Below, piece after piece: positions 48,099-59,100 of a stretch of 64,000 bases of DNA. The number at the start of each line of letters is the position of its first letter. Position 1 is the stretch's first letter. Below the pieces are notes generated by a model. That model worked only from the letters and a program-made list of their open reading frames with translations, searched no databases and was not told the origin of the DNA. The stretch comes from Candidatus Poribacteria bacterium (GTDB lineage Bacteria; Poribacteria; WGA-4E; WGA-3G). Location of the stretch: assembly GCA_964291315.2 (NCBI GenBank), contig OZ219753.1, forward strand, positions 1,248,001 to 1,312,000, written 5' to 3'. A program made the position numbers and the translations under genes.

Positions 48099-48498
48099 AA
48101 ACAGTACAACCTTCTCTCCACATCGCAGCCGAAACAGGTGTTTTTTATCGTGGAGTGGAAGGTTGGCCTCCTTGTAAAAGTATTCGTTGGGGTAGGATAA
48201 CACAGACATGCCTGTTCTGTCAAGATATATCTCGGAAACTTCAGGGAGATCAGTGTTCTTTTCTTGTAAAACAGATTTCTCAATCCCGACTCGACCTGTA
48301 GGCGCGAACCCTTGCTCGCGGCTCTCCGATGAAAAAGGTTTACTTTCCGTCTGAAAGTGTGGTATACTTGATGAAGCATTATATGCCCCTTTTTGCCTGT
48401 AAGTCCGCGGCACTAATGATTGTAAAAATTGTAAGGCAACTTGTTGATGACCCAAGAACAATTATGCATCCCCGTTAATAAAATAAGGAGAAGGCACA

Positions 48499-51101
48499 AT
48501 GCGGTACCAATTGACTTTCTGGCTCTGTTTAACCCTAATAATTGGTTGTTGTTTTCCTGTAGGTGCGCAGGAAGCCGCACAGGGAGCGTCGCCAGAAAAG
48601 AAAAAAGAATTTGAAGATTTTGCAAAGGTGATTGAAGACAGTAAAAACTACGACGGCTTTTTCAAACTATATCTGAAAAAAGAAAAACTCTATTGCGAAA
48701 TCCAGCCCTCACAATTGGAGCAGCCGTTTCTATGCATGATCAGCCTATCGCGCGGTTTAGGAACAGGATACCTCATCTCAGGTATGACAATGGACGATTG
48801 GCTCCTCGTCTGGCGGCGCGTTGGCGACAACGTGCATCTCGTACGAAAAAATGTGCGCTACCGGGCTAAAAAGGGCACACCGACCGCCCAAGCGGTTGAA
48901 TACAGTTACAACGATTCCATCTTATTTTCTCTTAAGATTGAAAGTATCCATCCACAACGGAAGAGCCTCTTAGTGGATATCTCCCCGGTCTTTATATCCG
49001 ATCTACTCCCCTTAGCACGCAGGGTTGCTGCTGATGCACGCTTTGATAAAACGCGTAGCACTTGGGGAACAGTCAAAGCATTCCCCAAAAAGTGGAGTTG
49101 AGAGTGGAAGCTGTCTATACCTCACAAAGCTACATAGAGACTGTCCCTGACAGCCGTGGCATCCAATTGACGCTGCACTATAGCCTCGCCGCGCTCCCCG
49201 CCAACTCCTATCAGCCCCGCTTAGCTGACGACAGACTCGGACACTTCATGACGACAATCAAGGATTATTCAGCCCGAGCTAGCGATGAACCCTTCGCACG
49301 ATACGTCCAACGCTGGCACTTGGAGAAAGCGGACAAAGATGCTAAACTCTCGCCGCCGATGGATCCGATTATCTTCTACATTGAGAAAACTGTGCCGCAC
49401 CGCTTCCGTCCTTACATTCGGCAAGGGATCCTGGAATGGAACAAGGCGTTTGAAAAAATCGGCTTCGCCGATGCAATTGAAGCCCGGATCCAGCAGGACT
49501 ATGAGGACTGGGACCCCGAAGACGCACGATACAACACAATCCGATGGGTTGTTGACGCAGGATTCGCAATCGGTCCCTCCCGCGTGAATCCGTTGACCGG
49601 GCAAATATTAGACGCCGATATTCTTATTAGCGATGTCTTCATCAGAGGATGGCAGCGAGTCTATACGACGTTCTTTGATGAATTAGAGCATGAGCGCGAT
49701 CACCCGATTGACCTATCTTCACGGTTCCGGTGTCAAATGGCATCAGGGCTGGCCCATCAAGTCGGATTCATGACCAGCGTTCTACAGGCACGCGGGATGA
49801 TTGATGAAGGCGGGGAGCTTCCAGAAGAATTTATCGGAGAAGCCCTTAGAGCATTGACCATGCACGAAGTCGGACATACATTAGGGTTACGGCACAACTT
49901 TAAAGCGAGTACGATATTTTCTCTCGACGATCTAAACAAAAAGAAAAACGAAGCCCTCATTGGTTCTGTTATGGAATATGACGCTGTGAATATTGCACCG
50001 GAAGGTGAAAAACAGGGGCACTACTACACACCAACAATCGGCCCCTGGGATTATTGGGTGGTGGAATACGCCTACAAGCCGATTACCGCAAGCAAACCTG
50101 AAGGCGAATTAAACGAATTGTCCAAAATTGCTGGCCGTGCTGCGACCGCAGAACTCACCTACGCTACAGATGGAGATGCCAACGCATATCGCTACCGAGA
50201 CATCGACCCGTTGGTCAACCGCGGGGACCTCGGTGCCGACCCGCTCGAGTTTGCCAAACGGCGGCGCGGTATTGTCGTGGAACTCTGGGGCAAAATCACA
50301 GACAAAGTTACAAAAGATGGAAAAGGGTATCAACGCGTCAGGCAGGCGTTTGGAAGGTTGCTTTATGAACACGGTTATGCTATGTATCTGGCAAGCCGTT
50401 ATATAGGCGGACAGTACCACCATCGCGATCACCGCGGCGATGAAAATGGACGTTTGCCATTCGTGCCAGTGCCAGCCAGCAAGCAACGTGAAGCACTCGA
50501 ATTCCTCAAAGAACACGCCCTCTCAGATAGCGCCTTCGATCTCCCACCCGATCTGCTGAACAGCCTTGCAATTACCCGCTGGGGAGATTGGGGCACAAAT
50601 GATTGGAGCTCTACACGTTTGGATTATCCTGTCCATGAGATTATTCTACGCTATCAAAACCGTATCTTAGAACGGTTGCTCTACCCGAATGTCTTGGCAC
50701 GTATCCAAGACACAGAATTGAAGTTTCCGAAAGGCGCAGATGCCTTTACACTCCCCGAACTTTTCTCAGGCATTACGGACGCTGTCTGGACAGAATTGGA
50801 TCGAAATATAGCCGGAAAACAGTGGTCCAACTCGGACGCATTCATTTCCAGTTTCCGCCGCGGTTTACAACGCGAACACCTCAAGCAACTCGTCAAACTT
50901 GTGCTAGATGCAGACGCGGGCACGCCTGAAGACGCTAGATCGCTTGCACGCCGCCATCTTGCACAAATCAACGCCCGGATAGGGCATGTGCTTCAAACGA
51001 TTCAAGGAAGACTTGACGATTATAGTCTGGCACACCTTGAAGCCTCTCAAGTTCGAGTCGCGAAAGCGTTGGATGCCAATTTCCAATTCAATAAACGCTA
51101 A
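48499..51101 (+). pseudogene. EcxA-like zinc-dependent metalloprotease (DUF5117/DUF4953-type), split by a 1-nt frameshift near 49087-49092
   Basis: ORF1 has the signal peptide and ends ..VKAFPK; ORF2 continues VELRVE..PRLADDRLGHF..HEVGHTLGLRHNFKAS..SVMEY. Confidence 0.75.
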
Positions 51102-51177
51102 ATGACACTATATCAACATGGGCTCTCTATTTTAAGAATGTTAACTTTGTGAAGATATCGGAAGAGGCGCCGCTAAT

Positions 51178-51867
51178 TCAGATAACATCACGATTTAAAC
51201 GCAACATCTCGTTTCCAGTTTTCTGGAAATGATAGGGAACACGCTCAACTGAGCAAGCAATTCCGTCTTTTTCAAGATCGTTGATAACAGGCAAAAAGAA
51301 GGCGGAAGGGTTGCTGTTGACATCAACGATGGGGAAAATTCTCACTTCTGTTCCGATACGGAGCAGCTCTTGCACAGCATTAAGATGAAACGCTAGATCT
51401 CTATTTGCTGAATAGAAAAAAAGGAGATGTGCGGAGAGCACAAGGTCAAAGCGGCGGTCAGGAAAAGGCAGGTTAGGCAGTGATGCCTCCACATATCGCC
51501 CTTGTTGCTTGCCCCACTCAAAGTCTCGGCAGAACTCCGCCATTGCCTGCATTCTGATCTCTGCTAATTCATCAACAGACGAGAATTTTGTCCAGACGAA
51601 TTTACCTTGATTCTCGCGGGCCTGCGCGATGACCTCCTTGTAGGTTTCTTGGATTTGTTGGCGTAACTCCGCTTCAGAATACCGGTAGATCGGATCTACA
51701 GAAATTATCGGTGTACCGTGCTGATACATCCGAGCATTAAAAGACGCGGGGCCGTCGCCTACACCTACGATGCCCCGCGTCAAATCTCCTTCAGAGAGAG
51801 CAAACATCTCAAGGTACTCATCAAACGATCTGCCCCAAGGCACGATCTCTTTGTAGCGGAAAGCCAT
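51178..51867 (-). CDS. SAM-dependent methyltransferase-like protein
   Basis: GVGDGPASFN, LPFPDRRFDLVLSAH; start overlaps upstream stop (TAATG). Confidence 0.75.
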   Translation of the reverse strand: MAFRYKEIVPWGRSFDEYLEMFALSEGDLTRGIVGVGDGPASFNARMYQHGTPIISVDPIYRYSEAELRQQIQETYKEVIAQARENQGKFVWTKFSSVDELAEIRMQAMAEFCRDFEWGKQQGRYVEASLPNLPFPDRRFDLVLSAHLLFFYSANRDLAFHLNAVQELLRIGTEVRIFPIVDVNSNPSAFFLPVINDLEKDGIACSVERVPYHFQKTGNEMLRLNRDVI

Positions 51868-52910
51868 TATTGAGCACCCTTGACCTCGATGTCTTGTAAG
51901 ACTGCTGCTGCACGTTGAGCTAACTCAGTCGTCGGGTCGCGTTTGATAGCCCGGTTTAAGTGTAGAATGGCGCGTTCATCTCCATTTTTCGCCAACTCCA
52001 ATGCTTCCTCGAACCCTTTATTTCCATAACTGAAATCTCTTGCGCGGACCGTCAGATCGCGGTCTTTCCAATAATACTTTAGTTCATCAGACTCCCAATT
52101 CTGGTAGACATGCTTCCAATTAAGGGAATTGAAGATGTTCAAGTGCGGTTCGAGCATATGCTCAGCGATGGGATCGCCAAGTGCTTGGTAGCGGTTGTCG
52201 AGCGACACGCGAAGCCGGTCTTCGGTCAAATTCGGCAATGCCTTATGAACCGTCAGGGCCGGGAAGATGAGCGTGTCACCTATCTCATAATTCGTAGAAT
52301 GCCATTCGCCGGACAATTCGTCCTCATTAACGCATAGACTGCCGGCACCGAGCGAAAAGTGGTGCTCCATGACCTTGTTAATCTTATGCGAACCGGGCAA
52401 GACTGCCAACCCGCCTAATTCAATCGGACAATCCCCGACGGGTACCCAACAGGTGTAGGTCTGGAAATTTCCTTGGAAGTGGACAAAATCCTGATGGATG
52501 GGGGTTGTATGTGCTGTGTACTTAGGAAACCAGAGGCGAGCAATCTTCTGTGGATGTGGTAATACTTCTCTGCCGACAATCTTCTCCACCATATCGACAA
52601 CTTCGGGCCAATGGCCCGACCGATGGAACAATTCTAGCTTGTATATCTCGTGATATACCGCTGTGTATTCCGGATCCCCCTCGGTACATTGGGCGGAAAT
52701 ATTAGCGATGCCCTCTATTGGATCCGTCCCTGCAACCAGCCAACTGCCTTTCTGCAGCGTTGTTAACATATCCCGCCGCAACGCCCAGAGCTTGTCTGGA
52801 TTTTGCAGCCGCTTGAAGAAAAGGTAACCTTCCTCCGAGATGCGGCAACGCAACTCTTCCGGATCATCCATCGCATCGTTAGATATGTGAAGTTCTTTTA
52901 ATTCTGCCAT
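51867..52910 (-). CDS. PhyH-family Fe(II)/2-oxoglutarate dioxygenase
   Basis: TPIHQD, VLPGSH, LTVHKA, RVSLDNRY. Confidence 0.85.
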   Translation of the reverse strand: MAELKELHISNDAMDDPEELRCRISEEGYLFFKRLQNPDKLWALRRDMLTTLQKGSWLVAGTDPIEGIANISAQCTEGDPEYTAVYHEIYKLELFHRSGHWPEVVDMVEKIVGREVLPHPQKIARLWFPKYTAHTTPIHQDFVHFQGNFQTYTCWVPVGDCPIELGGLAVLPGSHKINKVMEHHFSLGAGSLCVNEDELSGEWHSTNYEIGDTLIFPALTVHKALPNLTEDRLRVSLDNRYQALGDPIAEHMLEPHLNIFNSLNWKHVYQNWESDELKYYWKDRDLTVRARDFSYGNKGFEEALELAKNGDERAILHLNRAIKRDPTTELAQRAAAVLQDIEVKGAQ

Positions 52911-52985
52911 CTGAATTTCTCCTCGGATCTACTCATGTTCCAAAACTGTTGTTCAAGGTGTAATCTCGGAATTTGGAACACCGAT

Positions 52986-53807
52986 CTACGCCCTATTCTC
53001 TTCAAGCCAACCTACAGCGAAATCCACAATAGCGCGTTGGGGCATGAACTGACAGTTTCCTATGCCGACCCTACCACGCTGAACCACTTTTCCCGCGTCA
53101 GAACGCATAAAATCTGTCCCGATCTGCCCGAAATCCGAAGCGTTCACAGCTATATCCTCAAAGGTGACCCATCTTCTTGACCCTTCTTGCAAGATTGGTG
53201 CCCCTTCTTTTACAACGCGCTTGCTCGGAAAGCACGCCCGGTATTCAGCAAGGTGGATAGAGGTATTGCGTGAATGACCCACGCCGAGAAGCAGGATAGA
53301 ACCCGCCCGGTCATAGATTCTGGCAAGCGGCGAATTTTCGCCCAGACCAAATGCCAAAGAGTGATCATCTATGATATATGACGCATGCGGCCCGCTTGCA
53401 GAAAAAGAATGCTGTGGATGTACACTGCGGAGAACGCCTTTTTGCGTTCGGAAGGTTTCAGCGATTTTACCCATTGACCGCGTCGGGGTCAAATCCGGAT
53501 CGTAGGCGGGCATCGTCTCGCGTATTGTTTGCCACCACGCTTCGGGGACAGGCGGGTTTTCCCACTGACTCGGATCGCTGAGGTCACTTGAGTGGGCCGG
53601 CATCACAAGCGTGCCAGCTTCGCCTAAAACCTGCTGAAGGGCGATGATCACAGCAACCGCGCCACCACAAACCCAACCTAAGGCACTCAAGGAGGAATGG
53701 ACTAATAAAACCATTCCTTCTTCAATACCGAGCGCTTTAAAATCAGTCTGAAGCGATGCTACTGTAGCAAGTATTTCTGTCTTATCAATCACTTGAGCCT
53801 CAGGCAT
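52986..53807 (-). CDS. AAC(3)/YokD-family N-acetyltransferase
   Basis: VHSSLSALGWVCGG, TLVMP, RSVHPQHSF, NTSIHLAE. Confidence 0.9.
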   Translation of the reverse strand: MPEAQVIDKTEILATVASLQTDFKALGIEEGMVLLVHSSLSALGWVCGGAVAVIIALQQVLGEAGTLVMPAHSSDLSDPSQWENPPVPEAWWQTIRETMPAYDPDLTPTRSMGKIAETFRTQKGVLRSVHPQHSFSASGPHASYIIDDHSLAFGLGENSPLARIYDRAGSILLLGVGHSRNTSIHLAEYRACFPSKRVVKEGAPILQEGSRRWVTFEDIAVNASDFGQIGTDFMRSDAGKVVQRGRVGIGNCQFMPQRAIVDFAVGWLEENRA

Positions 53808-53901
53808 TGCTATCCTCTTTCAATTTCTTGTGGAACAGATTTTCTTTAAGGATACCACATTTGCCTTTGTTCGTAAATAAAAAATCTGTTTGATGTTTCT
53901 A

Positions 53902-53930
53902 TTGACGTTTTTTCGGGCTTATATTATTAT
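53902..53930 (+). promoter_or_regulatory. Sigma70-type promoter
   Basis: TTGACG-17 bp-TATTAT. Confidence 0.5.
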
Positions 53931-54083
53931 ATTCCCTGCTACTTGAATAGATATCGATGAAGAATGATTGTGCTTACTAGTAACTCCGGGTCCATCATAG
54001 AAATATAGGGTAGACATACACGCCCTGTCTGTTTCGACTTGTAGGTAAACATGGAGTGTTACCTACTTAAATTAAAGGAGTAC

Positions 54084-55472
54084 ATGGTGTTAAATCGTAA
54101 GAAATTTGCCATCGGGGGGCTGTTGTGCCTCGCGGTGCTTGCTTGTGGTTTCTGGGTCTTTCGCTTGAAGAATCAAAACCTCTACCCAGAGGCAAGACAA
54201 CCGGGCGGAATGCCAGCTGCACAACCGCCGCATCCAGATTCAGATATCCTTAAAGAAGCACAAGGACACCTTGAGAAGTTGTACGCCCTTTCAGGCACCT
54301 TAACTCCTGAAGAGAGAAAGGTATACCTTGATAGCACTTTCGCACTAGAGAAACTGTTCAATGCTCAACGGGGACCCTTACTGCCGAACGCGGAATATGA
54401 ACGGTTTGTCGCGCATATCGAAGAATTGATGCTTGAGAACCCCGGGATCGGCTTAGAACATCGACCGGCAGAGAGCCCCGAAGAGACCTATGAACGTCAG
54501 CAACGCCGGCAAGAAGAACTTGAAAATGTTACGGCTGCCATAGCGGAAGTAAAGACATCCGAAGACATGGCACTCGGCGCAAAAGAGGCACTCCTCTCCA
54601 TCCTTGAACACCGCTTTTCCGTGCTGCAAAGCGACGGGTCGGAGGAACGTGAAATGGCAAGGGTTTTTGCCGAATTAAAAAAGACAGATCCGGACATAGT
54701 GGGGTTGGAGAAAGATGATGCAACCGGTCTCTACACGAAACTCTATCCGAATATGCTGACAATCTATAAATGGAGAATTCACAAACCCGACGGAACTGTG
54801 GATGTCGAGTACGCCGGTTCAAGTGGCAGCGCTGAGGATCCAGATCTTCATCAAGAGATACAGGAGTATGCTGATCTGATGGAGAACACACCGCCTTGGG
54901 CCTGGGAAAAACTGCCCCCACCCCCCGAACACGAGGATTTACGTTTTTCTGTAGAGTACAAGGACATTTACGTAGATGCGGACGGGAAGCGAATTTCCAC
55001 AGAGCAAGCGGAAACATCCGGCAGAACACCGGCAGAACTTCCACAGGGATATCCTGAACCGGCCATCACCGCAGAAGAGGTTAAGTCGTTGAAGGGAGCC
55101 CTCACTGAACTCAAAACATCAGATCCCTCTGAGTGGGAAAAGAGTCAGCAGTTTTTTGAAAAAGCCGTCGGTATTCCACTGGATCAGTTCTTGGAGATGA
55201 CAGATGCGGAAATTGAAGCTGAGTTGAGTCAACAACTCTCTGCAAGTCAGCGAGACTCGGTGAGTGGCACGACAGACACATCAATGGAAGTGCTCGCTGA
55301 TAAGAACTTAACGGCTGGGCTGCGCCAGAGCTTCTCGCCTGAAACGGCTACTCAGGCACTACAAGTGCTGAGTCTCTACGGTCGGAAAGAGGGGGTCCGT
55401 AGACTGAAAGCCATGGATCCAGAGGTAGCCGCACACATAGAGAATTTTCTCCAAAAACATGGAGAGAAATGA
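54084..55472 (+). CDS. Hypothetical acidic protein with N-terminal membrane anchor
   Basis: AAGGAG before ATG 54084; one hydrophobic segment; Glu/Pro-rich helical body. Confidence 0.7.
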   Translation: MVLNRKKFAIGGLLCLAVLACGFWVFRLKNQNLYPEARQPGGMPAAQPPHPDSDILKEAQGHLEKLYALSGTLTPEERKVYLDSTFALEKLFNAQRGPLLPNAEYERFVAHIEELMLENPGIGLEHRPAESPEETYERQQRRQEELENVTAAIAEVKTSEDMALGAKEALLSILEHRFSVLQSDGSEEREMARVFAELKKTDPDIVGLEKDDATGLYTKLYPNMLTIYKWRIHKPDGTVDVEYAGSSGSAEDPDLHQEIQEYADLMENTPPWAWEKLPPPPEHEDLRFSVEYKDIYVDADGKRISTEQAETSGRTPAELPQGYPEPAITAEEVKSLKGALTELKTSDPSEWEKSQQFFEKAVGIPLDQFLEMTDAEIEAELSQQLSASQRDSVSGTTDTSMEVLADKNLTAGLRQSFSPETATQALQVLSLYGRKEGVRRLKAMDPEVAAHIENFLQKHGEK

Positions 55473-55550
55473 AAGGGGCACTTTCCTTTATAGGCTAAGT
55501 GTGTTTGTAGCCGCTGCTATTCTCATAACCGATGTATCTCCGGACAAATT

Positions 55551-56447
55551 TTAAAACTGTGATGCCAAATCGTCGAGCATCTGGCGGATGGTATGTTCGC
55601 CACTATCAATAAACAGCGGTGCTAAGGGCCCCCTGCCGTGCAAAGTCTGGAGTAAGCTATCAATCTGTATCATCCGTTGCGGCGGCGTGCGACACTCGCG
55701 CCATTTTTTAACGAAATCACGCGCGGGTTGTGGATTCCCAGTACTCAGGGAGCGGGCACTTCTACGCCACGCCTGCCATTTGAAGGTATGTGCACACTGT
55801 CCACATTCGAGCCTTTCATCTCTCTTTTTTAGGCTCTTGCGGTAAGCCCGCCACCGCCGTTTATAACCGCACACCGTGCATTCAATATTGCCGTGCTGGT
55901 GGCGTGCAACGTTTTGACATTTAGGGCATCGCAAATCAGGATTGGGCTGTCGACGTTTAGGGACTCGATCCACCGGAGGTGGTCTACGCACAAGGGCAAG
56001 ACAGCTTGGACACGGTAAGCGGACACGCGTCCTCACGGATTGCTTGTAGGCTTCCTGAGCCCAGGTTTTGCCACAGGCACATCGCAATACAGCTTCTCTG
56101 TATAGAACTGCGCTGCAATCAAAGCATCGCGGTGTGTCCCGGAGTGCCTGCCGGCAGTCGCGCCAGAGGAGGCGCACAGAACAGTGCGAGCAACGGAACC
56201 ACTGTTCGCGGGTTCCACCTTCACCCTTACTAAAAAGCGGATCCACCCGGCGTGTGATCTTCGTCCCGCATTTTGGACAAGGCACACGCCCCTCAAGATA
56301 GACATCGGCAACTGTAGCGATGTCTGCACAACGAGCGTAGAGCCCCCAACCGACATCGTGTAACAGGACATCATCGTAGATACCGAGTCGAGCGTATCGA
56401 TACAGCCGGCGGATTTTGATCGGTTTAACGCGCGGTGCCCAATTCAT
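55551..56447 (-). CDS. Hypothetical multi-zinc-ribbon protein
   Basis: Cys pairs CPKC, CSHC, CFDC, CAC, CPSC, CPKC, CTVC, CGQC; highly basic. Confidence 0.7.
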   Translation of the reverse strand: MNWAPRVKPIKIRRLYRYARLGIYDDVLLHDVGWGLYARCADIATVADVYLEGRVPCPKCGTKITRRVDPLFSKGEGGTREQWFRCSHCSVRLLWRDCRQALRDTPRCFDCSAVLYREAVLRCACGKTWAQEAYKQSVRTRVRLPCPSCLALVRRPPPVDRVPKRRQPNPDLRCPKCQNVARHQHGNIECTVCGYKRRWRAYRKSLKKRDERLECGQCAHTFKWQAWRRSARSLSTGNPQPARDFVKKWRECRTPPQRMIQIDSLLQTLHGRGPLAPLFIDSGEHTIRQMLDDLASQF

Positions 56448-56459
56448 ATTGTTGCGGAT

Positions 56460-57503
56460 TTAACGCTCTTTGATCGGTATTTGAACAACTTCGCCTGTTT
56501 CAACACTACGACTAATTGCCTCCAAAACGCGCATGTTTTGATAGGAATCCTCAAGACTAGCATGCGGCTGTGTCCCCGTCTGTAAGGACGTTGCCCAATG
56601 CTGCATCTCTTCGAGATACCCGGGTCTGCCGACCCCATGGAATGCGGTGTTGAGGTCCCATTCTTCAGTCGGTGTATCGGCATAACCGCCGCCCTCGCCG
56701 AGCCAGGTCGGTGTCCGGTAACGGCGCAACTTGCGCGTCTCCAATACCTGAATTGCCTGGTTGTTTGTGCCTTTGATGAAAACCATTGCTTCCAAAACCG
56801 GACCGATGCCGAGCGTCATCGTGCCAATACCGCCCTGCTTGTAGCGCAGATTCACGGATATTGAGACGGTGCTCGATGCAGTGTCAACCATGCCCGTCGC
56901 GTAAACCTCGCTGACCTGCCCCATAAAGAAACGCATACAATCCGTCGGATGTATCACCTGATCCAGCATGAAGGGCCATGCGAACGGAGAACCTGCTTCC
57001 CGAAGACGCGGCCCCGGCGCGAGGTATCGGGTATGATATTGACAGGCTTCACCAAACGTTCCTTCATTGATTAGCTGCTTTGCAATCTGGTGCGCCGGCG
57101 CATGCCGCCACATTGTGCCGACCATACCTGTCTTGCCGGTTTCATGTGACGCATCAACGAGTCTCCTCGCGCCCTCAGCGGTGGTCGCAGGCGGCTTTTC
57201 GGTGTAGATGTGATACCCGCGTTGGAGACACTCAACACCAATGTCTCGATGTAGCTTATCCTCCGGCCTGCCAACAACCGCTACCGCGTACAGATCTTCC
57301 TTACTAAGCATCTCATCGTAATCGGTATAGTGTCGAAGTGCGCCGAATCTTCGGGCATTCGATTCCGCCTTTCCCTCAACAAGGTCACAAGTAGCAACAA
57401 ACTCAAACGCTGGCACCATCGGTATGCACTGTTGCAACTGCGATGACATGCCACCACAACCGATAAAAGCAATTCGAATTTTATCCTTTGGCATCTGATC
57501 CAT
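56460..57503 (-). CDS. Gfo/Idh/MocA family oxidoreductase
   Basis: IAFIGCGGMS, TEKP; ATG 57503 with GGAGG. Confidence 0.85.
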   Translation of the reverse strand: MDQMPKDKIRIAFIGCGGMSSQLQQCIPMVPAFEFVATCDLVEGKAESNARRFGALRHYTDYDEMLSKEDLYAVAVVGRPEDKLHRDIGVECLQRGYHIYTEKPPATTAEGARRLVDASHETGKTGMVGTMWRHAPAHQIAKQLINEGTFGEACQYHTRYLAPGPRLREAGSPFAWPFMLDQVIHPTDCMRFFMGQVSEVYATGMVDTASSTVSISVNLRYKQGGIGTMTLGIGPVLEAMVFIKGTNNQAIQVLETRKLRRYRTPTWLGEGGGYADTPTEEWDLNTAFHGVGRPGYLEEMQHWATSLQTGTQPHASLEDSYQNMRVLEAISRSVETGEVVQIPIKER

Positions 57504-57686
57504 TCTATTTTTCCTCCGAAATGTTGCCGAGAGGTTCAGTATATTCACTGAGAAGCCATTAGGCAACCGGAACCTAATAAACAATAGTGTTCTTGGCAAA
57601 CCGAATCAGTAACTCTCATCGCTCAATGAACAATTGACACAACCATACAACCTTCACTCTACCACAGATTTTGATTAAATGCCATG

Positions 57687-59033
57687 TTAATGTTCTGTCT
57701 CCATTCGCGCCAGAAGCCGCTCTGCCGGTTCATCTGCCGAATCCTGCACAACGAGTTCACCAGAGAACGCCTGCTGCAAAATAGACCGTCGCAAACGTTC
57801 AGCACGTGCCAGCTCTGCCGTGACGGTCGCTTCAACCTCATCAGCAGCTGAAAGGTACCTCTCAACTTCAGTGACGATGTGCCCTTGCTCTGCCAGCGGT
57901 GGAAGGGGGACTTGTATTTGCCTTAGTTTTGTAGCATTGACGTTTGGAAGAGCAATTCCTGCTTTTTCTTCTGAAATAGTTCGCCAATAATCCGGACTTT
58001 TGAGAAAAAATGCAAGGTAGTTCCCATCAATCACCGGTAACGGCTTGAAACGAATTAGATATGACGCAAACACCGCATTTTGTGGGTTTTTAACCAAGTA
58101 ACTATAACCAACAGAGCCCGCTCGGGAAATGAGAATATCCCCTGTTTTTAAAAGGTATTTTTCTTTGTCTTTCGGTCCTTCTGCACAGTATGGAACTGTT
58201 TCCCAGTTGACATTCCCGGTGGTAATATCGGTAGTCCGGAGTAAATGGAGCGTTCCTTGTGGGTTTGCCTTTGTTGTCCATCCATACTGTGGGGGTGAGC
58301 AGACCTGTTGGAGCGTTGTCCAAACCCATCCTTTTGGCAAATTATCAGAAACTGATACCGGTTTTAATTCCGCTGAATATTCTTCCCGCCATTCCTTCGT
58401 CAACGCTCCTTCGAACGCAGCTTTGAGGATCGACCGTCTATACTGCTGCAGCTGCACTTGCACTTTTTTGAGGCAGGCAACCGCTGCGTCTAAGTGTGTA
58501 AAAAGCACCTCTAGCTTGGCTACAATGCGACGCTGCTCCGCCAACGGTGGAAGTGGAATCTCAACTTTCAACGGAAAATTACGAGAGATACCACCAACAG
58601 TAGCTCCTCGAAAATCCGAGAGGATCTGTTGCTGTCCGTTGCTGCTAAAGAGATAATAAAACACGAATTTTGGGAGAGCAACCTCTGAGTCTACCCGCAC
58701 AATAAACAGATGCTCATTAACTGCAGCCTCTTTATATGGGAAATCGCTATCAACAAAACTGGTTTTTCCAGTTGTTGCTCCATCTTTCACAACGATAATG
58801 TCATTTGGGTGAATACGTCCTCTGTTCAGTGATTTAAAAAATGCTGCAGGAATATATCTTATTTTTTCAAAGTTAAAACGTCCTTCTGTATTTAAGTGTT
58901 CGCCGCCAAGGCTGGGTATTCCTTCAAGGATTCCACGGACCCCGCCTTGTGGGCGTGAGCCGCTTTCAAGTGTGATGCATTCACTCAACTTCATGCTCTG
59001 CCAACCCTCTGAATATCTATCACGCCTTTCCAC
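57687..59033 (-). CDS. hsdS: Type I restriction-modification specificity subunit (orphan)
   Basis: Two TRDs, each followed by PLPPLAEQ..IV and SIL..AF.G.L conserved regions; GTG start with AAGGAG. Confidence 0.9.
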   Translation of the reverse strand: MERRDRYSEGWQSMKLSECITLESGSRPQGGVRGILEGIPSLGGEHLNTEGRFNFEKIRYIPAAFFKSLNRGRIHPNDIIVVKDGATTGKTSFVDSDFPYKEAAVNEHLFIVRVDSEVALPKFVFYYLFSSNGQQQILSDFRGATVGGISRNFPLKVEIPLPPLAEQRRIVAKLEVLFTHLDAAVACLKKVQVQLQQYRRSILKAAFEGALTKEWREEYSAELKPVSVSDNLPKGWVWTTLQQVCSPPQYGWTTKANPQGTLHLLRTTDITTGNVNWETVPYCAEGPKDKEKYLLKTGDILISRAGSVGYSYLVKNPQNAVFASYLIRFKPLPVIDGNYLAFFLKSPDYWRTISEEKAGIALPNVNATKLRQIQVPLPPLAEQGHIVTEVERYLSAADEVEATVTAELARAERLRRSILQQAFSGELVVQDSADEPAERLLARMETEH

Positions 59034-59100
59034 TATTAACGCTCCTTTAAAAATAACGCTGCAATTGGAATCAAATTCATTTCAGAGATTGTCCTGCGGT

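Noticed and set aside
48099-48461. Long N-terminal extension of the zinc dehydrogenase in the ORF track
   Set aside because: Region holds promoter-like motifs and a GTAG hairpin; the domain begins at ATG 48098.
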